From Zygophlyctis sp. KS116 (lineage: Eukaryota; Fungi; Chytridiomycota), in NCBI GenBank assembly GCA_054661495.1, contig BAAFSQ010000005.1, forward strand, positions 60,001 through 92,000: a stretch of 32,000 nucleotides of DNA. Direction: 5' to 3'. The translations under genes were made by a program, and so were the position numbers. The notes under the pieces are model-generated. The model was not told where the DNA came from, searched no databases, and saw only the letters and a program-made list of their open reading frames with translations. This document shows positions 1-9,674 of the stretch, one piece after another; positions within the stretch are counted from its first letter, which is position 1, and every line of letters starts with the position of its first letter.

Positions 1-30
1 TAGGATTTTTGAATTTCTTTAGATTTTTAA

Positions 31-2409
31 ATGACGTTGCGTTCTCTGAGAGTTTCTAAACCGCTATTTAACAAAATTCTAGTGGCTAATAGAGGAGAAA
101 TAGCTAATAGAATACTAAAAACTTGTAGTAAAATTGGTATAAAATCAGTTGCAGTGTTTTCAGATGCTGATAAAAGTGCGAGTTTTGTAGAATATGTATT
201 TAGAAAAATATTAAATTTATAGGCTGATGAAGCTTATAGACTGGGACCGCCTCCGAGTGCAGAGTCTTATTTACAAATGGACTCTATAATAGATATTGCT
301 AAAAAGTCTGGCGCTCAAGCAATACATCCTGGATACGGTTTCTTGTCTGAAAATTCGGTTTTTGCTGATAAAGTCACTAGTCAAGGATTGGTTTTTATTG
401 GTCCACCAGTTCAAGGTATTTTGTTTATTTAATGTGTAGCAATGATTGATATGGGATCTAAAAGTGCGTCTAAAATTATTATGGAAAAGGCAAATGTTCC
501 AGTCGTTCCTGGATATTGGGGAGAAGATCAGAGTTTAGAAACTTTAAAAGAAAAATCTAGAGAAATTGGTTATCCTGTACTCATAAAGGCTGTAAAAGGA
601 GGTGGAGGAAAAGGAATGAGAATTGTTGACAAGGAAGAGGATTTTGAAATGATGTTAAATTCTTCAAAAAGAGAGGCTATAAAGTCATTTGCAGATGATA
701 AAGTTTTGGTGGAAAAATATATTTCTAGACCAAGGCATATTGAAGTTCAGGTATTTGCGGATACTTTAGGGAATGTAGTTCATTTGTTTGAACGTGATTG
801 CTCAGTACAAAGAAGGCATCAGAAAATATTAGAAGAAGCACCAGGGGTATTTTTGGTATTTTAATATTTTAGCCTGGGATTTCGCCTGAATTAAGGGCTG
901 ATTTGGGTGCAAAGGCTGTGGCAGCTGCTAAAGCTGTGAATTATGTAGGTGCTGGTACGGTTGAATTTATTTTCGATACAGATACGGACAAGTATTATGT
1001 AAGATTATCATTTTGTTAATAAAAAAGTTTATGGAAATGAATACCAGGTATTTAAAACAGTCTTTACTAAACAAAGACTACAAGTTGAACATCCAGTTAC
1101 AGAAATGGTTACAGGAACAGATCTTGTAGAATGGCAGTTGCAAGTTGCTGCAGGAAATAGGTTACCATTGTTACAAGATGACTTGAAATTGGATGGGCAT
1201 GCATTTGAAGCTAGAATTTATGCTGAAAATCCTGAAAATCAGTATGTAGTTTTGTTTAAAATTGTAGATTTTTGCCAGACACTGGTCCATTGCTTCATCT
1301 TTCTACACCTTTAGAGTCTTCAGTTCTCAGAGTAGAAACAGGAGTGCGCCAAGGGGATGCAGTCAGTGTCTACTATGATCCAATGATCTCTAAACTAGTT
1401 GTACGTGGGAGAGACAGGAATGAAGCATTACGCCGTTTGAGAAAATCTCTCGGTGAATTTGAAGTATTTTACATTTTCTTTACTGTATAGGTTGTAGGAC
1501 TCAATACAAATATTGAATTCTTAAAAAGAGTCATTTCCCATCCAGAATTTATTCGTGGAGACGTTGAAACTGGATTTATACAAGTATTTCTTAATTCTTT
1601 TAACCATTAAGAAAAACAGTAAAGATCTTTTTCCCGAACTGCAACTCCCGGATCCTATTCTACCCGCGATTGCAGCCCTTTCTGTCCTTGACAAACAAAT
1701 TTGTGATTCGCAGACTTTGGGACGCTCATCATCTGGTAGATAAATTCTAATTACTTATTTATAGATTCCAATTCTCCTTGGATATCACTTGAATCATTCA
1801 GAGTGAATCATTCCTGTATAAAATCTGTGAATTTAGAGTATGGATCATTCAAACTCCGGGTGGATATTGAATCACATTCAGACTCTACCTTGAAAGTTTC
1901 TGTATTAGACTTTTTGTATTTTAAAGACTAGGTATATGATACCAAATCCAAACTTGCAAGTTTTGATCATGTTATCATTGAAAAAACCCCAGAACATGTT
2001 GAACTTGTTGGAACAATTGACGGTATTAGAGTCTCTAGCAATGTCGTACATGCCCAAGATAAGATTCACGTATTTTATAATGTAATTATTTCCAAAACTT
2101 AATATAGGGAGTAAAAACCGTTTTCAAATGCCCAATCCCCGACTACCTATTGGGTATTGCTGTTGACTCTGCCCATTCAGTAGTCACCCCAATGCCTAGT
2201 AAGATTTCTCATGTCCATATCTCTGTTGGTGACAAGGTCAAGATTGGACAACCTCTAATGATTCTTGAAGCCATGAAGATGGAGGTAAAATTTAATTTTA
2301 TAAAAAACAGCACATTATAAAGTCCCCCAAAGATGGAGTGATTAAAAAGATAAATTATAAGGTGAATGAATTGGTCGGAGAAGGAAAAGTTTTGGTGGTA
2401 TTTGAATAA
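31..2409 (+). CDS. MCCC1: Methylcrotonoyl-CoA carboxylase alpha (biotin carboxylase + biotin carrier) subunit; 13 exons
   Basis: Motifs [67 protein letters not shown] and biotinylation site EAMKME. One frame is restored by 12 GT-AG introns: 196-222, 416-439, 847-872, 999-1027, 1048-1076, 1242-1267, 1464-1490, 1584-1611, 1736-1764, 1902-1931, 2082-2107, 2285-2310. Stop TAA 2407-2409. MCC versus PCC/geranyl-CoA carboxylase alpha is a judgement call. Confidence 0.88.
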
Positions 2410-2726
2410 GCATGAACTAATTGCTTTAATTGAATATTTTCAGCAGCCAAATTCATTTTTTCTTGATGCATAATCATCTGACTTGTTTTCAATTGCTGTA
2501 TTAACTGTATAGTTTTTTCCAAGATGAGTACTCTTGAAACGCTCTTCTGACTACTTAGATCTGGGACCATCCCATTCAGTTCCTTGAACAGCAGCCCCAG
2601 CCTCCCCCTGTAGATAATTTCCTTTTCTCTTTTCCCCATTTCCTTGGTATCCTTTGACGGTATCTGATCTTGACTGCATTCAATTTTCTGAGTATTGATA
2701 AACATTGTCCAGAACTCATCAGACAT
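2355..2726 (-). CDS. Small bHLH-leucine zipper transcription factor (SREBP-type Tyr in basic region)
   Basis: KREKEIIYRGRLGLLFKELNGMVP-loop-SRVLILEKTIQLIQQL followed by a heptad zipper (EKMNLAAENIQLKQ). Intronless 123-aa ORF whose last 55 nt overlap the MCCC1 3' end. Confidence 0.8.
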   Translation of the reverse strand: MSDEFWTMFINTQKIECSQDQIPSKDTKEMGKREKEIIYRGRLGLLFKELNGMVPDLSSQKSVSRVLILEKTIQLIQQLKTSQMIMHQEKMNLAAENIQLKQLVHAYSNTTKTFPSPTNSFTL

Positions 2727-2941
2727 TTAAATTTTTTGATTGAGAATTTAGATCGGAAAAATTTTCTTGACAAATTTTAATTTTCAGATTTGGATCTGGA
2801 TCTGGATCGTTGAGACCTACTGACTTGATCCTAGTGGACGGCATCTCCCAGCGCCCAGCGGACAATTTTCAGACAAGAAACCACAAACGGAGAGAACCAC
2901 TAAAAACACGACCACGGAGCGACGCGCAAACTAAAGCCATA

Positions 2942-3978
2942 ATGCTTCCTCGAGCGCAAGATCCAAACTCTTACTTCCAGTCCAATGAAAACATCAAGAA
3001 TCAGGCAATCAAAGATTCTCTTAAAAGTAAATTGTCGGGACATGGGTCTCCAGTCTCTGTATCTTCCAAAGTCTTGCATCTTTTGAATCATAACGACGAT
3101 TTATTAGTGTCAGAGTCTGGATTTATCCTAAGACATTTATTCAAATCTAAAACATTTAAAGGACATTCTGGACCAGTTACTTGCTCTACAGCTATTGATA
3201 ACCAGTTGATCACTGGATCATGGGATAAAACTCTACGCTACTGGGATTTGAATGGAAATTGTAAAAAAGTGATTGCTGCACATTCAGATTTTGTAAAATG
3301 TGTTGTCAATGATGGAGTTTACGTGTATTCTTCTTCTTCGGATAAATATATAAAGAAATGGGATAAGAATGGAACTCTTGTATTGACTTTTAAAGGTCAT
3401 ACTAGAGCTGTAGAGTCTCTTGTACTATCATGTGAAGAAGAAAATATATTGTATTCTGGATCATCAGATTGTACTATTAAAGTTTGGAATACAGAATCTG
3501 GACAAAATTTAAAGACTTGGAGAGCTCATGAAACTTCTATTTATCATCTTTTACATGATGAAACAGGATTATATTCTGCAAGTGCTGATAAATCTGTTAA
3601 AAGATGGGAAGGAGAAAAATGTGATGTTGAATTTAAACATGGAGATTTTGTAAATTGTGTTTTAGTACTCTCAAATTATCTCTTATCAGGATCTAGAGAT
3701 GGAATAATTTCACTTTGGGAGATAAATTCTAGTATTCCCTTGAAAAGATTTCAAGCTCATTCTGAGGGTGTTACAAGTCTTGTTAGAAATTTAGAAAATT
3801 ATTTAGAATTTTATTCTGGATCTATTGATGGAACTATTAGAAGGTGGAATATAAAAAGTAAATATTATAATTTAATAGATTAGGTGTGATTGATGATGAA
3901 TTATTAACAGTTGTAAAAGAACCTGAACAGATTGTTGAACTCTCTGCAGAAGAAGAAGCAGAGTTGCTAGGTCTCTAA
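2942..3978 (+). CDS. WD40-repeat protein
   Basis: Repeated GH...S.D.TI..W[DN] units (FKGHSGPV..TGSWDKTLRYWD; FKGHTRAV..SGSSDCTIKVWN). First ATG at 2942. Intron 3858-3883 (26 nt) leads to an acidic tail ending at TAA 3976-3978. Confidence 0.85.
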
Positions 3979-4061
3979 TCTCTTTTAAAAGCAGATTCCA
4001 AGCAAAAGGCATGTGTGGCAAAGAAAAAAATAAAAACGTGCGTTAGGGTCCCGTTAAAAAA

Positions 4062-7000
4062 ATGACAAAAATTACACTTGATTCCCCAGTGCAAGAAATT
4101 ATAAACTATGGAAAAGGATCTCCATCTATCGAGTCTCTTGAAAATCTCTTTAATGCTTACAAGGGAAAAATTGAAACTATTGATAAAAAGGACCAGAGTG
4201 GAACTGTGAATGCATTAAAGGCAATTACTGAAATTGCAAAGGCAAATATTCCTTCTGTTCAGGCTTGTCTCTTGAATGTTTTACCTCCAATTTTGGCTGC
4301 TTGCGGAGATAAAAAGAGTAGTGCAGAAACTAGAAAATCTGCAGAAGAGGCTGTAATTGCAATTGCTAAACATATCTCTCCAAATGCTCTAAGAGAAATG
4401 CTTCCTCATCTTTATGCTGCGCTTGATTCATCTTGCAAATGGCAGACTAGAGTTGCTGCTTTGAATGCTATTGCTTCTTTTGGTGATCATGCTCCTGAAC
4501 AACTTTCTCATTCTATGCCCGATGTTATGCCAGAAGTCTCTAAATGTGTTGTAGAACTAAAGCAAGAAGTTTGTGATGCTGCTGAAAAGGCTTTGGTTGC
4601 GGTTTGTGAAGTCGTTGGAAATCGGTAGGTTTTAGGCCCAGGATTAAATAATAGTGATATTGAACATTTGACAAAGGATATTCTTCGTTGTGTGACTCAT
4701 CCTGAAGATACTGAAGAGCTCATGCACAAATTGGCTGGTGTTACTTTTGTTCAGTCTGTGGAATCTGCTGCTCTTGCCATGGTTATTCCTCTATTGTTGA
4801 GAGGTCTTGCTTCTCGTTCAAAGGCTACAGTTCGTCAATCTGCTGTTATTATTGATAATATGTCTCGATTGGTTGATGATCCTTTGGATTCTGCTCCTTT
4901 TATGCCCATGCTTATGCCTGCTCTTGAAAAGGCGGCTGATATGCTTTCGGATCCAGAAGCTCGTTCTGTTGCTGAAAGATCTGTGGCGCAGTTGCAAAGA
5001 CTCAATCGTGAAGTTGTCGAAGCCCAATCAAGACAACAGCATATTGATCCTGAAAGAGTAAAGACTACTATCAAGGAGATTATGGGAGCTGTACCATCAG
5101 ATCTATACATGAATCATATTTCAAACTTGTGTTGCTCATTAATGTCCATTCGTAACTTTAACAAGGATATGTGGAAGGAAATTGAAGTTCAACTTGCAAT
5201 TATCAATAAGGAGAAGGCTGCTGCTGGTATCTCAAAGCTTCGTGAGGCTTGTGCTGCCATGGTGAAACCTCTACCTTCCAAAGAAGAGGAAGCTGAAGAC
5301 CCTTCCCTAGAATTATGTAATTGTACCTTTACTTTGGCTTATGGTACCAAGATTCTTCTTCATAATACTCATCTTCGTTTGATGAGAGGTGGAAAGTATG
5401 GTTTGCTTGGAGGTAATGACTCTGGTAAAACAACTTTGATGAGATCTATTGCCAATGGAGCTGTCGAAGGTTTCCCTGATCCATCTGAAGTCCGAACTGT
5501 TTTTGTTGAAGCTGATATTTTGGGTGAACTTTCTCATTTGTCTTGTGTTGATTATATTATGGCTGATCCTCGTTTAGCTAATTCTAAAAAGGATGAAGTT
5601 TTGGCTGTTATGGCTACTGTCGGGTTTACTGAAGACGGTAAAGCCAAACCTAACCACGCTGTCTCTACACTTTCTGGTGGTTGGAGAATGAAATTGGCTA
5701 TGGCTAGAGCTATGTTGCAAAAGGCAGATATTCTCTTACTTGATGAACCTACCAATCATTTGGATGTTATTAATGTTGCATGGGTAAAGAGTTATATCCA
5801 CTCTTTGAAAAATGTTACCTGTATCATGGTTTCTCACGATTCCGGGTTCCTCAGAGACTGTTGCACACATATTTTACAAATTCAACGTCTCAAATTACGT
5901 CAATTCCGTGGAAATCTTGATTCATTTATTGAAGCCAATCCAGAAGCAAAATCATACTTCAATATCAAATCCTCTAACTTAAAGTTCAAGTAAGATACTT
6001 TTATTTCTAAAGCCATAGGTTCCCTACTCCAGGACCAATTGAAGGTGTTAAATCCCGTTCCAAGGCTCTTATGAAAATGAGTCACTGCTTTTTCACTTAT
6101 CCGGGAAATGAAAAGCCTACTCTTTTTGATATTACTATTCAAGTCTCTATGGCCTCCCGTGTTGGTTGTGTTGGAGAGAATGGTGCTGGTAAATCTACCA
6201 TGATCAAGGTCCTTACTGGAGAATTGGTACCTCAAGTTGGTGAAACATGGATGCATCCTTCTGCTCGTGTTGCTTATGTTGCCCAACATGCTTTCCATCA
6301 TATTGAACAGCATTTAGATAAAACTCCTAATGAGTACATTAGATGGCGTTATGAAGGTGGTGAGGATAAGGAATCTCTTGTTAAGGTTTCAATGGTTTTC
6401 ACTCCAGATGAAGAGAAGCTCCAAAAACAAGGAATTGAAATGAAAGATCCAATTACCGCAAAAAATATTAAAAAAGTGATTCATGAACTTTTAGGAAAGA
6501 GAAGAAAGACCAAGTCTGGTGACTTTGAATACGAAGTCCGATTTGTTGGCTCTGCCGTCACTGCTGAAGGTATCTATATCCCATACAAGGTCCTTTCAAA
6601 AGGTGGTTGGGATAAGGCCTGCAAACAAATTGATATGAAACTTGCTCAGTCTTCTGGTATGATTACAAAAGCTCTTTCTGCAGTCAATGTTGAAGCTCAT
6701 ATTGCTGATGTTGGTCTTGAACCTGAATTTGCCTCCCATTACCGTATGAAAGCTCTTTCTGGTGGTCAAAAAGTCAAGGTTGTTATGGCTGCTGCTCTTT
6801 GGAATCAACCTCATATTCTCATTCTTGATGAACCTACCAATTACTTGGATCGTGAATCTCTTGGTGCTCTTGCTGGAGCTATTGAAAACTTCCAAGGTGG
6901 TGTTGTTATTATTTCTCATCACAATGAATTTGTTTCAACCTTGTGTACTGAAGAATGGGTTATGGACGCCGGTCACTTGACTACTAAAGGTGAAGCTGGA

Positions 7001-7213
7001 TGGATGGATCGCCAAGATGATAAAATCAATGATCAAGCTCAAATTGAAACTATAACTGATGCAGTTGGAAATGTTGTTGAAGTTAAACAAAAGAAGAAAC
7101 TTTCAAAGAGAGAAGAAAAGGCCATGATCAAGAAAGTCAAGGGTAAAATCGAGAATGGAGAAGAAATGGATTCTGATGAAGAAGAATTCGCAGCTGAATT
7201 CCAATTATGGTGA
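4062..7213 (+). CDS. eEF3: Translation elongation factor 3 (HEAT repeats + two ABC-F cassettes with chromodomain-like insert)
   Basis: HEAT motifs KWQTRVAAL, GNRDIE, TFVQSVES. ABC1: GGNDSGKTT / LSGGWRMK / LLLDEPTNHLD. ABC2: GENGAGKST / AYVAQHAFHHIEQHL / LSGGQKVK / ILDEPTNYLDRESL. Basic/acidic tail. Introns 4625-4654 (30 nt) and 5990-6018 (29 nt) join the three ORFs. Strong codon bias (gct, ctt, cgt, ggt). Confidence 0.93.
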
Positions 7214-7331
7214 TTGTTTTTGGTGATTTTATAAAGAATTGGTATCTATTTCATTAATTTTCTCTGTGAGTAGTATTTGGAACAAGAACGGAACTTAACC
7301 GTCCGCCGTTTACAAAAATTGAGTTTTTTTA

Positions 7332-9596
7332 ATGAAGTTGGCGCTGGAAATGAAGACTAGCAATAATAAAGACAATCATCAGCCAACTCTATTCAACTTT
7401 TTCAAGCCAAAGGAAGGGAGCGGTGAAGAGAACCGACCAATTCCAATTGTCTCAACTCTAGACTCTATTAAACCAACCAAAATAACTGAAGATTTAGATC
7501 CTGGTCTTATTGTTAAATCTGTAGAATTGCCGACTCTTGCCCAGGTTCCTGCTGTTGATGACGCACTCTCTGTACAGGATAATATGAAGCTATGGACTGT
7601 ACTTGGGTTCCTGGAAGATCATGCAAAAGGATATCTGGGCTCTGATATGATTATACCAGATTTGGGTAAGATATATTGTCTAATTTTAGATAATTTTAAG
7701 GATATGGTATTGAATTGTAAAGAGAGATTTCGGGAACTACTTGTGATTTATGAGGCAATGTATCATGGAGTGAAAAGGCCTCATGGCAAAAAAGAGTATA
7801 TGGAAGATTTAGTCATTCCTGAAATACTTTCAAAGCATTTTATGGCAGAAGGGGACGAGAAATGGGGAGAAATGCTCTCTAAAACGGAATTTGTGGATTT
7901 ACATCCGCATTCTCATATTGATATCTTGAGTGATTTATTGGATCAAATCACTGATTCAAATTCTTTTAGAGAGCATGTATCTAGTCTAGAAGATATTTTA
8001 TTTCAATTAAAAAGTGAAAGAGAAAGGAAAATAGCTTTAAAGAAGAGTTGTATACTCATGATTCAAGATCTGGATTCTAAAATTCTAGATATTTCAGAAG
8101 AATTAAAAGCTCTTAATACTGTAGAAGGAGTTATAGATTTAGATGAAGAAGAGTTTATTGTTAGATCTAGATCAAAGCTTCGCAAAGATGCAGAAGAACA
8201 AGAGAAGAGAAGAGAGACCATTAACAGTCTTGTTAACAATAGAGAGCTTTTAGAGACTAAAAGAGAGCAAGCGGTTTTAAAAGTGGCTGATGTAGATGAA
8301 TTTATAAAGAATGAAAGGCCAGAAAAAGAAGTAGCGGATTTGAGACTCAGAGGAAAGCCCACGCGCTTTTGCGGATATGATAGAAATGGTAAATTATACT
8401 GGAGACTACCAATATCAACTGAGCACAAGATTGAAGGCTTGATTATTGAATCTGTGATTTATTATATCTATGAGAATAATGATTCAGATAGTGTACAAAT
8501 TATTCAAGGCAAGCCTATGCCAAAAAAGAAGTTGATTCAAAAAAAGAAGGAAGTAGATGAATCTTCTGATATAAGCTATTACCATCCTTCAGATAATGAT
8601 CTTCAATCAGTAGATGAATCTTCTGACATTGTTCTAGATCCAGACGTAAGTGCAGTTCGTTTGGAAGTTAAATCAATATTCGAGTACATAGATTCGCATT
8701 CTACACTAATGGATCTTCAAAACGCTTTAAATGTAAACGGAGTTAGGGAAAATAATTTAAAAAGAGTTTTAAAGCATTTCATTTCTGAAAATCAGGACTC
8801 TTTATTTGGAGATGACAAAGAAAAGTTTATGAATACTTTTCTTGATTGGATTTTATCGAGGGACTCTTCAAAAAAGAAGATGGAAAATTCGGCAAACTTT
8901 TACAAGGACGCAGTGTTGCAGTCAATTCATCAACTGTTGCCTTATATTTTAGTAGGTGTTAATATGCCGGTGCCTTCAAGCCTTCCAGTGGATTTAAGTC
9001 AATGCTTACTAGTTTGTGAAACTTTAAAGGACACGCAATTTTACAGAAATCGGCAACTCTACAAGGAACTTGCTTCAATTAGGACATATTCAGCAATGAT
9101 ACATTGGCTCCAACGTGCAGAATCGTATGTTGCTTACCTGATTCAAAAGGAAGAAATCAAAGAATTGAGGCAAGAGAAGAAGGAAGCACGAGAGTTATCT
9201 TCTGTCGCTTCTTCAAGTCGCCAAAATAGTACTCAAAAAGTCAGCGATTCTGTTACCTCTGAAACATCTGGTACCTCAAAGCAAGCAAGGAAATCTTTTA
9301 AGAGTAAGTCAAGTCTCGGTAAATGCAAAAATTCAGAAAACTCTCGTTTCCGACGATCTGGCAGAAATACGGATAGGAAAGACTACACTTTGAAACTGGA
9401 AATCACTTCTTCTGAATCTTCAGAGTCTTCTGGACCAGAGTCTTCTGGACCAGAGTCTGAACCTGATCCGAATAGGCGCACCTCCCAGCGAGTTCGATTA
9501 AAGAAGATGAGGCATCTTGAGTCCTCTGAAAGTGAAGAATCCTCTGAAGATGAATTAGTAGTAAGATGCAATTATTTTTATTAATCATAGTCTTAA
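7332..9596 (+). CDS. DDT/WHIM-domain ISWI chromatin-remodelling accessory subunit (ACF1/BAZ1/Itc1-like)
   Basis: WHIM1-like FVDLHPHSHIDILSDLLDQITDSNSFREHV, coiled coil, WHIM2-like GYDRNGKLYW, WHIM3-like LQNALNVNGVRENNLK, Ser/Glu-rich tail. Probable in-frame intron 7666-7689 and terminal intron 9561-9590 followed by TCT TAA. Confidence 0.72.
9421..9458 (+). repeat. 15-nt coding tandem repeat (CAGAGTCTTCTGGAC x2.5) encoding ESSGP
   Basis: Directly visible tandem duplication in the low-complexity tail of the DDT/WHIM gene. Confidence 0.8.
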
Positions 9597-9674
9597 TATT
9601 TGGATGGTTTATTCAATAAATTAAAATATTATTTTCTAGTTTCTCCTATTTTCCGCATTATCAGTTTAAACAAT

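Noticed and set aside
31-2409. Fragmented ORFs read as pseudogenes, programmed frameshifts or a reassigned stop codon
   Set aside because: Every break coincides with a GT...AG segment of 24-32 nt whose removal restores conserved motifs. TAA, TAG and TGA all end genes normally.
2786-2808. GGATCT short tandem repeat
   Set aside because: Only about three copies of a hexamer with no spacers; not a CRISPR or a meaningful satellite.
2576-3091. ORFs 2576..2773 (-), 2900..3091 (-) and the TTG-initiated 5' extension 2810-2941
   Set aside because: No motifs; they overlap better-supported genes or the CpG-rich divergent promoter.
4807-6980. Several antisense and alternate-frame ORFs over eEF3
   Set aside because: Shadows of strong codon bias; no recognisable domains.
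8454-8474. Possible 21-nt in-frame intron GTGATT...ATGAG in the DDT/WHIM gene
   Set aside because: Shorter than all supported introns and ends in GAG; cannot be supported without cDNA.
8552-8630. Direct repeat AGTAGATGAATCTTCTGA
   Set aside because: Coding micro-duplication (VDESSDI twice) in a low-complexity linker; not a target-site duplication.
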